Part shown: positions 1 to 12,417 of the stretch, in pieces
Layout of the letters: each line of letters opens with the position of its first letter
Position numbering within the stretch: position 1 is the stretch's first letter
NCBI GenBank assembly: GCA_964187785.1
Contig: OZ076409.1
Coordinates: forward strand, 61,816,001 to 61,880,000
Length of the DNA: 64,000 bases
Reading direction: 5' to 3'
Source of the DNA: Amphiscolops sp. MND2022
Lineage: Eukaryota
The notes under the pieces: model-generated
The model's input: only the letters and a program-made list of their open reading frames with translations
The model's database searches: none
What the model was told of the DNA's origin: nothing
Translations under genes and position numbers: made by a program

Positions 1-101
1 CCGAGTAGCTGTAGTTGGGGCGGGTATTTCAGGACTTTCTTCTGCTTACCGACTTCTTTCATCTTACCACAAAGAAATCCAGCTAACTATTTTGTCAAAA
101 G
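1..101 (+). CDS. DAO: DAO-family oxidase gene 1, exon 1 (5' truncated by window)
   Basis: Frame 2 reads RVAVVGAGISGLSSAYRLLSSYHKEIQLTILSK with the GxGxxG FAD-binding motif; phase-1 donor G|GTGAGC at 102. Confidence 0.9.
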
Positions 102-265
102 GTGAGCAATACTGTGATTGCAGATTTTCCAAAACACGTCAAGTTTATCGTGTTGACTACAGTAAAAAACGGAGCCTGTCTAGTGTCACAGAGAACGCAA
201 ATGAAAGACTCTCTTTAAAGGAAGGCAATGTGAAAAATTTAACTTACTGTAAAATTTGAAATAGG

Positions 266-2530
266 TGTTATACGGTTCATCCGTCTTTACCTCTTCCGAG
301 TTTCGGTCTAGCCTACTTGCAAGTTGTTAATAAACAAACTTGGAAGAACTAAATTTGTATTAAGTTCATTTAAAATAATAGTTTTGGTATAAAGAACGGT
401 CGTTCGAGACAATGAAGTAATTTCAGTAATTCATGTTTCTCCTGAGGCTAGTGCTAGAAATAAACGTGGCGCCGCCAGCAAAATTTTTTGGAATTGAACC
501 GAACTTTTATCACAGAAAACAAATACCAAACACGGACGAAAAAACGACCGACCGTACCGAACCTTGAGGCAAAACTTCGGACAGAAACGCCGCATTCACA
601 TCAAAGACATTGGATAGAAAGATTCTGGCAATTCACAAAACAGGAACATAAAATAGACATAACCGCAATTCTGAAAAAAAAGAAGACATAGCCGAAAACG
701 TATCGTCCGGAAAAGCAGAAAATTACGAGATTTTTCACTTGGTTAGGATTTTACTTGGGGAGCTGGACCCGAAGCACTCTACCAAATAACGAGAGTCCAA
801 TACAAAACGAAACAGAAAAACATCAATATGAAGGATATATTCGGCTTATTTACCAAAAACTATCTACAGCTACGAAACTCTTGAGATTTGTTGTTCAAAA
901 CAAGCAGACGGCGAAACACCGGGCAATTTTAGAGACGATTGATCGAAATAGAAAAAAATGTGAGTTGAACACATCATCAGCGAAATTATGGAACAAGATG
1001 ATGAAAGAAAAACTCTTGGAGATGAGAGAAACGACCGAATGCGGAAGGAAGGTCCTTGCGTAAAACCATGCAGACAAACATTCAATAACAATCGAATAAT
1101 GATAAGATTAACTGAAAAACAAATAAGTGAACCGAACGAATCATGAAATGAGTTGAATGAAATTTTACATCATAACAAAAAAAATGAAACAAAGACGACT
1201 GAAGAAAAACACAAACATGACACAGCATTAGTGAAATCAAACGGAGTAAAGAAAGAACTTTTCGTGAATACCGGATCACCAAAAACATTGAAGCCGCCCA
1301 ACAAAAGATAATTGGAATCCACCGAGTTACATAGATCAACCTTCCGATGCCATGAGATGAACAAGTTCGAAGTAAATCTTCGCTATAAGATACCGTTAAA
1401 CATGGAATACGACATTGACAAACCAAAAATAGATTTCGAATTGCCCGAAATAATCAGCACAGACCACTACTCGGAACGAACTGGATGGAAACATTCATAC
1501 TTACTGTAAGAAAAACACATGTTTTTGAAAACAACAAAAAAGCAAAAGATAAAGTATTGAACGGGTTCCCGGTTCTTTTAGAAAACAACGAAGCAAATGA
1601 AGTTTTTGAGATTAACATCCAACGTCAATCAGATCAAAATTCGATGAAACAAAAGCCAAGACAGATACCGTTAGATCTACAAGGAAACATGGAAAGGGAA
1701 ATGGAGAGGCTAAAATAAACTGGACACTTGGAAAACGTAAATGACTTCGACAAACGTCATTTCGTGTCCCTGGTAGTAAGTACCGTGAAGAGTGAAAAAT
1801 CGGTTTAAAAAAGCATGAAATGCCAAGAACTGAAAAACAGATGCGGTAAAATAAGATTATATATGACAAACAAGGAAGAAGTGATAATCCAGACTTCGTT
1901 GAAATCACCTGAGAACAAACAGTAGGTTTTTTTTCATTTTGAAATACGACTCTTGTTACGCCAACGGGTATAAAACCTATATAAAGGCCAAAAATACGTG
2001 TTCGCAATAATTGGACGGAACTTTAGTGGATAATACAGATTCAACAAAAAGTTTCACGCCTGAATACCCACGATCTTTCAAGTAAAATTTGTCCGAACTT
2101 TCATTTACTGTTAGGCTAAAAGATATAATGGTGACAACCCGACGACAGAACAAGAACGTGAGAAAAATCTCGAACTCCCTAACTACTCGAGAAAACTGGA
2201 TACCGGTAAAGCAAAAAACTAAAAACACGGAAACAAAGTTGAAAAAAAAACAACAAAACGACGAAAATGTAAAATCCAAGCCAATTGCATACGGAAATAG
2301 ATTAAACCGATACCAAAAAGTAAATCTGTAAACTGGAATTTTTTGCAGTAGTGTAGGGAATAAGAGAAACCAATCTGACCTCTATGGAAAAAACGTTTGC
2401 AAATATACTGATCACCAGGTTTTCGAACCGTTGATAAAAAACACGACGGTTAGACCGGTTAACACATGGCGACATCGCAATGCAAAATACTGCAGGCAGC
2501 AATTTAAAAATCACCAATTACCTCAGGTCA
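266..2530 (+). mobile_element. Degenerate, 3'-truncated Gypsy remnant in DAO intron 1
   Basis: LTR-like TGTTATA start, PBS-like TGGCGCCG near 467, then broken gag/protease/RT/RNase H fragments collinear with the 16775 element (e.g. KPIAYGNR, TDHQ, RLDRL). Confidence 0.7.
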
Positions 2531-3657
2531 CTATCTAACTGCAGTAAGAGTCGGATCCTGTCACTAGTATCACAGAAAACGTGAATGAAAGACTTATTAA
2601 TAGGAGCAATGTGAAAAAATTTAGTTAATGTGTAATTCGAATTGAAAGGCAGTAGTAAAAGTTACATAGTCAAAAAGCAGTTGAATCTAATCGAATTTAT
2701 TTTATGTCGAATGGTCGAATGGTTGTTTTGGATACAGTTGAGTGTTTTAATTTATATCACGAACTTCTTATAAAAACTCGCACTGTACCCGGTTTTGCAC
2801 CCAGACACTCGAAGCAAAGACTTTCCGAGAGATTATTGCAAATTTCAAATTCGAGAACAATTTCGAGAAGTTTTCTGGAAGTTTACTTATTTTCATCCGT
2901 GTCTAGAAGTTTTCCTGTTTTAAGCAACTGAAATTAAACAGCGTTTCCGAGTTTTTTAAATCAATTTTGAAAAAATGAAGGTCAACGAAAGGTAATTTTT
3001 GTTGATGCTTACATGCAGACGAAAAAGATACACTGGAAAATTTAACGTAGGGTGGGGCCTCCCCAACAAAGCTTGTTCACAAGCAACGTATAATGATAGT
3101 GAAAACTTTTTACAAGCAAACCCTATAAACCAAAGCTTAAATTCAAAAAAAATCAGAATCGAAAACCCAAATGAAAATCAATCTTGCTTTGAGGAAATTT
3201 CCTTTTTGGTAAAGTTTTAAACGTTAATTTCGATTTTAGATCTCATTCAATTTTATAGAAGTTATTATCATTTGTTGACAAACTTCCGGATTTCGTTCTC
3301 TTTTAGATTTATTTTAACCACTACCGGTATGAATGAACGGCTGAAAAAAGTGGACTTTTCAGATATGTTCTTTGACTTGACGAGGAGAAACTAGTCTCTG
3401 TAATAGTTGGAAAATTTTCTGACAAAATGCGCCCACTATTTTGGCTGGCTGGTCAGACCTGCAGTAATCTTGCGTCTAAAACGCCTTTCTTTTGATTGCT
3501 CCTTTTTATCTTAGCTATGAAACCTTAAAACTGTTTTCGATATCTATGGACCTTCGAAAAACGCTTTTCAAATTTTCAGACAAACTAACATAAAGTTTAA
3601 CTATTCTCTTGAAATGGATAGTATGAATATTGAAATTTATTGCACAACTTTTGAAAG

Positions 3658-3798
3658 AGCACCACACCGACACAACGAGCTATGTGGCTGGGGGTATCTG
3701 GCTTCCGTTTGGCACCTTTGCACCAGAAGCAGAACACATGTTGCCCCAAATAAGGGACTGGTATTCGGAGACCAGAGAATATTTCGAAAGGCTGATGG
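3658..3798 (+). CDS. DAO: DAO gene 1 exon 2, copy a
   Basis: ttttgaaAG acceptor, GTTAGT donor, 141 nt, phase 1-1; EHHTDTTSYVAGGIWLPFGTFAPEAEHMLPQIRDWYSETREYFERLM matches the DAO TTSxxAxGxW motif. Confidence 0.88.
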
Positions 3799-4148
3799 GT
3801 TAGTTAGTCAGCAAATTTGATTTGTCAGTAGATTCGTTTCAAAAGCTTTTATATCCATACCCTACCTGAAAATATCAGAAGTTCTTTCAATTCTTCATAA
3901 AATTAGAATTGATTCTTTGAAATAATGTCTGAACATCAAGCATTTTGACCAAATGATGCTTCCAAAGATGATTCAGCTATTTCGTTTTACGCATTTTAAA
4001 ATGGTTCGCGAAAATGCCACGACTAATTATATGGGATAGCTCGAAAACCCATGGTCAAAAAGTCCGCAAAACCATAATGATTCTGAAGAAGACGTCGTTT
4101 CTGAACTCCGTTGTCCGGAATATACTTAGCGTTGTCCCTTCATTTCAG

Positions 4149-4252
4149 CAACAGGCGAAAGCAGCGAGAGAGGAGTTTCTCATTGCTTCACGATTGATTT
4201 TGTCTCTGAAACGCAATCAAAAAGTTCTGGAGTCAAAGAAATTTTCTTACCT
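4149..4252 (+). CDS. DAO: DAO gene 1 exon 3, copy a
   Basis: catttcAG acceptor, GTTAGT donor, 104 nt, phase 1-0; ATGESSERGVSHCFTIDFVSETQSKSSGVKEIFLP; phases bridge exon 2 and exon 4 exactly. Confidence 0.8.
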
Positions 4253-4344
4253 GTTAGTGAAATTTATTACCCCTGTTTTACACTCCAACGATATAGTCGC
4301 ATTTACAAAAATGAAAAGATGAAATACGTTGAAAAACTGGAGGC

Positions 4345-4475
4345 GGAAATTTCGCCGCCAGAAATTTTGTCGTAGGATATTTCGTCGTATTAGCAAATCC
4401 AGAAAATTCGTCGTCAGAAAATTCGTCTTCAGAAAATTCGTCGTCAGAAAATTCGTCGTCAGAAATTTCGTCGTA
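4345..4475 (+). repeat. 15-bp minisatellite (TCGTCGTCAGAAAAT-like); also at ~7517-7647 and ~10689-10819
   Basis: Direct repeats visible; source of the spurious DDEFS/RKFVV ORFs. Confidence 0.9.
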
Positions 4476-6829
4476 TTGGTTAGAATAACAGCGTTCACCA
4501 AAAGGTATCATTTGAAATATTCAATTATTTAACACAGAGGCGAAGCCGTGCTTCGCAAACACTTGCGAACTTTTGAAGAAAACAAAATAAGCAACATCAT
4601 ACGGAAAACCAAGGGTAAAAGGAGATTAAAAATTCATCAATTTTACAGCGCCAAAAAATACCCGAAGGGATACGCGTAAGTCTCGAAAACCATTCTTCCC
4701 CAACTGAGAACAGCAAAAAACCATCTTTCTCAACGAAACCCCTTTTAAAAAAATTGAGGAAAAAATTTTTTCGAAAATATTTTTGATGGTCTCCGTTAAG
4801 TCGCATAGTGCCGAAAACCTTGAGGAGTCCCTAACTCTCGCAAAACGTTTCGTTTCCGGCAAAAATTGAGGAGGGGCTTCGGTGAAACAAAAAAAGTCGC
4901 ATAGAAAAAAAACTTTTTTTAAAAAAAAACAAAAATCGGATATAGCGTGCTGGGCCTGAGAAAACCTAATTTTAACACGAAAATTATTCCTTTTGAAAAA
5001 TCTCACAATGCCGGAAACTGTGAAAGAGGGACCCTTTAAGATTTTTTAACATCCATTCTGTTGCAAAATTTGAAAAAAAGGGGAGTCTTTGGAGTTTTTA
5101 AAAAAATTTTCGAAAAAAAACAAAAATTAGAATTTTGAACAGTCTCATAGTGCCGAAAATTCTGAAAAAAGGGGGACCCTTTGGGATTTTTTAACATTCG
5201 TTCCGTTGCCAAATATCAAAAAAATTGAAAGGAGGACTCTTTGGGGACATTTAAAAAGCTTCGAAAAAAGTCTCACAAAGCCGAAAAGTCGAACTCCCTA
5301 ACTACTCGAGAAAACTGGATACCGGTAAAGCAAAAAACTAAAAACACGGAAACAAAGTTGAAAAAAAAACAACAAAACGACGAAAATGTAAAATCCAAGC
5401 CAATTGCATACGGAAATAGATTAAAACGATACCAAAAAGTAAATCTGTAAACTGGAATTTTTTGCAGTAGTGTAGGGAATAAGAGAAACCAATCTGACCT
5501 CTATGGAAAAAACGTTTGCAAATATACTGATCACCAGGTTTTCGAACCGTTGATAAAAAACACGACGGTTAGACCGGCTAACACATGGGGACATCGCAAT
5601 GCAAAATACTGCAGGCAGCAATTTAAAAATCACCAATTACCTCAGGTCACTATCTAACTGCAGTAAGAGTGGGATCCTGTCACTAGTATCACAGAAAACG
5701 TGAATGAAAGACTTATTAATAGGAGCAATGTGAAAAAATTTAGTTATTGTGTAATTCGAAATGAATGGCAGTAGTAAAAGTTACATAGTCAAAAAGCAGT
5801 TGAATCTAATCGAATTTATTTTATGTCGAATGGTCGAATGGTTGTTTTGGATACAGTTGAGTGTTTTAATTTATATCACGAACTTCTTATAAAAACTCGC
5901 ACTGTACCCGGTTTTGCACCCAGTCACTCGAAGCAAAGACTTTCCGAGAGATTATTGCAAATTTCAAACTAGTCCTGCAGTTGAATGAGTGAAACTAAAA
6001 CAGTATCTAAAAAAGTTGCATCCAAAACAATTTCGAGAAGTTTTCTGGAAGTTTACTCATTTTCATCCGCGTCTAGAAGGAAGTTTTCCTGTTTTAAGCA
6101 ACTGAAATTAAACAGCGTTTTCGAGTTTTTTAAATCAATTTTGATAAAATGAAGGTCGACGAAAGGTAATTTTTGTTGATGCTTACATGCAGACGAAAAA
6201 GATACACTGGAAAATTTAACATAGGGTGGGGCCTCCCCAACAAAGCTTGTTCACAAGCAACGTATAATGATAGTGAAAACTTTTTACAAGCAAACCCTAT
6301 AAACCAAAGCTTAAATTCGAAAATTCAGAATCGAAAGCCCAAGAGAAAATCAATCTTGCTTTGAGGAAGTTTCCCTTTTGGTAAAGTTTTAAACGTTAAT
6401 TTCGATTTTAGATCTCATTCAATTTTATAGAAGTTATTATCATTTGTTGACAAACTTCCGGATTTCGTTCTCTTTTAGATTTATTTTAACCACTACCGGT
6501 ATGAATGAACGGCTGAAAAAAGTGGACTTTTCTGATATGTTCTTTGACTTGACGAGGAGAAACTAGTCTCTGTAATAGTTGGAAAATTTTCTGACAAAAT
6601 GCGCCCACTATTTTGGCTGGCTGGTCAGACCTGCAGTAATCTTGCGTCTAAAACGCCTTTCTTTTGATTGCTCCTTTTTATCTTAGCTATGAAACCTTAA
6701 AACTGTTTTCGATATCTATGGACCTTCGAAAAACGCTTTTCAAATTTTCAGACAAACTAACATAAAGTTTAACTATTCTCTTGAAGTGGATAGTATGAAT
6801 ATTGAAATTTATTGCACAATTTTTGAAAG

Positions 6830-6970
6830 AGCACCACACCGACACAACGAGCTATGTGGCTGGGGGTATCTGGCTTCCGTTTGGCACCTTTGGACCAGAA
6901 GCAGAACACATGTTGCCCCAAATAAGGGACTGGTATTCGGAGACCAGAGAATATTTCGAAAGGCTGATGG
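6830..6970 (+). CDS. DAO: DAO gene 1 exon 2, copy b
   Basis: Intact splice sites and frame; GTFGPE instead of GTFAPE. Confidence 0.85.
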
Positions 6971-7320
6971 GTTAGTTAGTCAGCAAATTTGATTTGTCAG
7001 TAGATTCGTTTCAAAAGCTTTTATATCCATACCCTACCTGAAAATATCAGAAGTTCTTTCAATTCTTCATAAAATTAGAATTGATTCTTTGAAATAATGT
7101 CTGAACATCAAGCATTTTGACCAAATGATGCTTCCAAAGATGATTCAGCTATTTCGTTTTACGCATTTTAAAATGGTTCGCGAAAATGCCACGACTAATT
7201 ATATGGGATAGCTCGAAAACCCATGGTCAAAAAGACCGCAAAACCATAATGATTCTGAAGAAGACGTCGTTTCTGAACTCCGTTGTCCGGAATATACTTA
7301 GCGTTGTCCCTTCATTTCAG

Positions 7321-7424
7321 CAACAGGCGAAAGCAGCGAGAGAGGAGTTTCTCATTGCTTCACGATTGATTTTGTCTCTGAAACGCAATCAAAAAGTTCT
7401 GGAGTCAAAGAAATTTTCTTACCT
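7321..7424 (+). CDS. DAO: DAO gene 1 exon 3, copy b
   Basis: Same sequence and splice sites as copy a. Confidence 0.78.
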
Positions 7425-10001
7425 GTTAGTGAAATTTATTACCCCTGTTTTACACTCCAACGATATAGTCGCATTTACAAAAATGAAAAGATGAAATACG
7501 TTGAAAAACTGGAGGCGGAAATTTCGCCGCCAGAAATTTTGTCGTAGGATATTTCGTCGTATTAGCAAAACCAGAAATTTCGTCGTCAGAAAATTCGTCT
7601 TCAGAAAATTCGTCGTCAGAAAATTCGTCGTCAGAAATTTCGTCGTATTGGTTAGAATAACAGCGTTCACCAAAAGGTATCATTTGAATTATTCAATTAT
7701 TTAACACAGAGGCGAAGCCGTGCTTCGCAAACACTTGCGAACTTTTGAAGAAAACAAAATAAGCAACATCATACGGAAAACCAAGGGTAAAAGGAGATTA
7801 AAATTTCATCAATTTTACAGCGCCAAAAAATACCCGAAGGGATACGCGTAAGTCTCGAAAACCATTCTTCCCCAACTGAGAACAGCAAAAAACCATCTTT
7901 CTCAACGAAACCCCTTCTAAAAAAACTGAGGAAAAAATTTTTTCGAAAATACTTTTGATGGTCTCCGTTAAGTCGCATAGTGCCGAAAACCTTGAGGAGT
8001 CCTTAACTCTCGCAAAACGTTTCGTTTCCGGCAAAAATTGAGGAGGGGCTTCGGTGAAACAAAAAAAGTCGCATAGAAAAAAACCTTTTTTTTTAAAAAA
8101 ACAAAAATCGGATATAGCGTGCTGGGCCTGAGAAAACCTAATTTTAACACGAAAATTATTCCTTTTGAAAAATCTCACAATGCCGGAAACTGTGAAAGAG
8201 GGACCCTTTAAGATTTTTTAACATCCATTCTGTTGCAAAATTTGAAAAAAAGGGGAGTCTTTGGAGTTTTTAAAAAATTTTCGAAAAAACAACAAAAATG
8301 AGAATTTTGAACAGTCTCATAGTGCCGAAAATTCTGAAAAAAGGGGGACCCTTTGGGATTTTTTAACATTCGTTCCGTTGCCAAATATCAAAAAAATTGA
8401 AAAGAGGACTCTTTGGGGACATTTAAAAAGCTTCGAAAAAAGTCTCACAAAGCCGAAAAGTCGAACTCCCTAACTACTCGAGAAAACTGGATACCGGTAA
8501 AGCAAAAAACTAAAAACACGGAAACAAAGTTGAAAAAAAAACAACAAAACGACGAAAATGTAAAATCCAAGCCAATTGCATACGGAAATAGATTAAACCG
8601 ATACCAAAAAGTAAATCTGTAAACTGGAATTTTTTGCAGTAGTGTAGGGAATAAGAGAAACCAATCTGACTTCTATGGAAAAAACGTTTGCAAATATACT
8701 GATCACCAGGTTTTCGAACCGTTGATAAAAAACACGACGGTTAGACCGGCTAACACATGGGGACATCGCAATGCAAAATACTGCAGGCAGCAATTTAAAA
8801 ATCACCAATTACCTCAGGTCACTATCTAACTGCAGTAAGAGTGGGATCCTGTCACTAGTATCACAGAAAACGTGAATGAAAGACTTATTAATAGGAGCAA
8901 TGTGAAAAAATTTAGTTAATGTGTAATTCGAAATGAATGGCAGTAGTAAAAGTTACATAGTCAAAAAGCAGTTGAATCTAATCGAATTTATTTTATGTCG
9001 AATGGTCGAATGGTTGTTTTGGATACAGTTGAGTGTTTTAATTTATATCACGAACTTCTTATAAAAACTCGCACTGTACCCGGTTTTGCACCCAGTCACT
9101 CGAAGCAAAGACTTTCCGAGAGATTATTGCAAATTTCAAACTAGTCCTGCAGTTGAATGAGTGAAACTAAAACAGTATCTAAAAAAGTTGCATCCAAAAC
9201 AATTTCGAGAAGTTTTCTGGAAGTTTACTCATTTTCATCCGCGTCTAGAAGGAAGTTTTCCTGTTTTAAGCAACTGAAATTAAACAGCGTTTTCGAGTTT
9301 TTTAGATCAATTTTGATAAAATGAAGGTCGACGAAAGGTAATTTTTGTTGATGCTTACATGCAGACGAAAAAGATACACTGGAAAATTTAACATAGGGTG
9401 GGGCCTCCCCAACAAAGCTTGTTCACAAGCAACGTATAATGATAGTGAAAACTTTTTACAAGCAAACCCTATAAACCAAAGCTTAAATTCGAAAATTCAG
9501 AATCGAAAGCCCAAGAGAAAATCAATCTTGCTTTGAGGAAGTTTCCCTTTTGGTAAAGTTTTAAACGTTAATTTCGATTTTAGATCTCATTCAATTTTAT
9601 AGAAGTTATTATCATTTGTTGACAAACTTCCGGATTTCGTTCTCTTTTAGATTTATTTTAACCACTACCGGTATGAATGAACGGCTGAAAAAAGTGGACT
9701 TTTCAGATATGTTCTTTGACTTGACGAGGAGAAACTAGTCTCTGTAATAGTTGGAAAATTTTCTGACAAAATGCGCCCACTATTTTGGCTGGCTGGTCAG
9801 ACCTGCAGTAATCTTGCGTCTAAAACGCCTTTCTTTTGATTGCTCCTTTTTATCTTAGCTATGAAACCTTAAAACTGTTTTCGATATCTATGGACCTTCG
9901 AAAAACGCTTTTCAAATTTTCAGACAAACTAACATAAAGTTTAACTATTCTCTTGAAGTGGATAGTATGAATATTGAAATTGATTGCACAATTTTTGAAA
10001 G

Positions 10002-10142
10002 AGCACCACACCGACACAACGAGCTATGTTGCTGGGGGTATCTGGCTTCCGTTTGGCATCTTTGGACCAGAAGCAGAACACATGTTGCCCCAAATAAGGG
10101 ACTGGTATTCGGAGACCAGAGAATATTTCGAAAGGCTGATGG
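10002..10142 (+). CDS. DAO: DAO gene 1 exon 2, copy c
   Basis: Intact splice sites and frame; GIFGPE variant plus one synonymous change. Confidence 0.85.
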
Positions 10143-10492
10143 GTTAGTTAGTCAGCAAATTTGATTTGTCAGTAGATTCGTTTCAAAAGCTTTTATATCC
10201 ATACCCTACCTGAAAATATCAGAAGTTCTTTCAATTCTTCATAAAATTAGAATTGATTCTTTGAAATAATGTCTGAACATCAAGCATTTTGACCAAATGA
10301 TGCTTCCAAAGATGATTCAGCTATTTCGTTTTACGCATTTTAAAATGGTTCGCGAAAATGCCACGACTAATTATATGGGATAGCTCGAAAACCCATGGTC
10401 AAAAAGTCCGCAAAACCATAATGATTCTGAAGAAGACGTCGTTTCTGAACTCCGTTGTCCGGAATATACTTAGCGTTGTCCCTTCATTTCAG

Positions 10493-10596
10493 CAACAGGC
10501 GAAAGCAGCGAGAGAGGAGTTTCTCATTGCTTCACGATTGATTTTGTCTCTGAAACGCAATCAAAAAGTTCTGGAGTCAAAGAAATTTTCTTACCT
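10493..10596 (+). CDS. DAO: DAO gene 1 exon 3, copy c
   Basis: Same sequence and splice sites as copy a. Confidence 0.78.
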
Positions 10597-10874
10597 GTTA
10601 GTGAAATTTATTACCCCTGTTTTACACTCCAACGATATAGTCGCATTTACAAAAATGAAAAGATGAAATACGTTGAAAAACTGGAGGCGGAAATTTCGCC
10701 GCCAGAAATTTTGTCGTAGGATATTTCGTCGTATTAGCAAATCCAGAAATTTCGTCGTCAGAAAATTCGTCTTCAGAAAATTCGTCGTCAGAAAATTCGT
10801 CGTCAGAAATTTCGTCGTATTGGTTAGAATAACAGCGTTCACCAAAAGGTATCATTTGAATTATTCAATTATTT

Positions 10875-11860
10875 AACACAGAGGCGAAGCCGTGCTTCGC
10901 AAACACTTGCGAACTTTTGAAGAAAACAAAATAAGCAACATCATACGGAAAACCAAGGGTAAAAGGAGATTAAAATTTCATCAATTTTACAGCGCCAAAA
11001 TATACCCGAAGGGATACGCGTAAGTCTCGAAAACCATTCTTCCCCAACTGAGAACAGCAAAAAACCATCTTTCTCAACGAAACCCCTTTTAAAAAAATTG
11101 AGGAAAAAATTTTTTCGAAAATACTTTTGATGGTCTCCGTTAAGTCGCATAGTGCCGAAAACCTTGAGGAGTCCTTAACTCTCGCAAAACGTTTCGTTTC
11201 CGGCAAAAATTGAGGAGGGGCTTCGGTGAAACAAAAAAAGTCGCATAGAAAAAAACCTTTTTTAAAAAAAAAATAAAAATCGGATATAGCGTGCTGGGCC
11301 TGAGAAAACCTAATTTTAACACGAAAATTATTCCTTTTGAAAAATCTCACAATGCCGGAAACTGTGAAAGAGGGACCCTTTAAGATTTTTTAACATCCAT
11401 TCTGTTGCAAAATTTGAAAAAAAGGGGAGTCTTTGGAGTTTTTAAAAAAGTTTCGAAAAAAAAACAAAAATGAGAATTTTGAACAGTCTCATAGTGTCGA
11501 AAATTCTGAAAAAAGGGGGACCCTTTGGGATTTTTTAACATTCGTTCCGTTGCCAAATATCAAAAAAATTGAAAGGAGGACTCTTTGGGGACATTTAAAA
11601 AGCTTCGAAAAAAGTCTCACAAAGCCGAAAAGTCTCATAGTGTCGAAAAAAGTGAAAACTTTCTGCTTCGGAATACTTGTAAAAAAATTAGCGCATACCC
11701 ACGGGTTCGAAAACGAAACCTCTGGGTTGAAAAGCAAGAATCTTACCACTAGACCACGAACGCGTGAAACGTGCGAGTTGCCGCGTGAAATCAGAGAGTT
11801 GTCGCGCGGAAAAAAAAGCACCCGCACTTTCCCATAACACTTGCTTATCGCAAGTGTAAT
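10875..11860 (-). mobile_element. Non-autonomous Helentron-like element; truncated copies at ~4531-5288 and ~7703-8460
   Basis: Terminal hairpin GCGAAGC-cgt-GCTTCGC (10884-10900), subterminal inverted repeat ACACTTGCGA (10903-10912)/TCGCAAGTGT (11848-11857), internal catagtgccgaaaa/gggaccctt modules shared with other HINE-like copies. Confidence 0.6.
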
Positions 11861-12266
11861 TATTAAAATGAGATCTTAGGAACAAGTTTCATTTTGACAC
11901 CAAAATTGAGTCAAAAAGTTAATTGCATTCAATTAACTCATCAAGATGCTTATTGAGCAATGGTATATTTTCAGTCAGGTGGAACACAATTCAAGCTTGT
12001 TTTGGGGGGAATTTTGCTTTTCGCCAGAAAATTATCAAAAAATCCTGGTAATTTTTGCTTTAAGTGTCGAAACAACTTCGTGCTGTGGAATAAGAAACAA
12101 GGTGTATCTGGGGGGATAACGTCTGAAACTTTTTCTCTCAAAACCGTTAGTAAAAGTAGTCAATGATAGTAATAAATGCACAATTATCGATAATTATTAA
12201 GATTCAATGATAAGGCGATTCCTAATAAATTGAAGAAAATGCGACGTTAAATAGAACGTAATCACC

Positions 12267-12417
12267 GACGACGAAAATTCTGACGACGAAATTTCTGATA
12301 ACGAAATTTCTTGCGACGAAATTTCTTGCGACGAAATTTCTTGCGACGAAATTTCTTGCGACGAAATTTCTTGCGACGAAATTTCTGACGACAAAATTTC
12401 CGACGACGAAATTTCTG
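12267..12417 (+). repeat. 15-bp minisatellite (ACGAAATTTCTTGCG-like), ~10 units
   Basis: Direct repeats; reverse-complement relative of the array at 10689-10819. Confidence 0.9.

Larger units (their letters stand above)
2170..11632 (+). repeat. Three-copy tandem segmental repeat (2170-5288, 5289-8460, 8461-11632)
   Basis: Near-identical sequence at a 3172-bp period; copy 1 is shorter by a ~50-bp deletion; junctions read ccgaaaagTCgaactccc with 2-bp TC microhomology. Confidence 0.97.

Noticed and set aside
3614..4322. ORF-track peptides MDSMNIE.. and MPRLIIW..
   Set aside because: Wrong frames overlapping DAO exons 2 and 3.
4247..4532. Repetitive ORFs (DDEFS, RKFVV, TTNFL), also at 7.4, 10.6 and 12.2 kb
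   Set aside because: Translations of a 15-bp minisatellite open in several frames.
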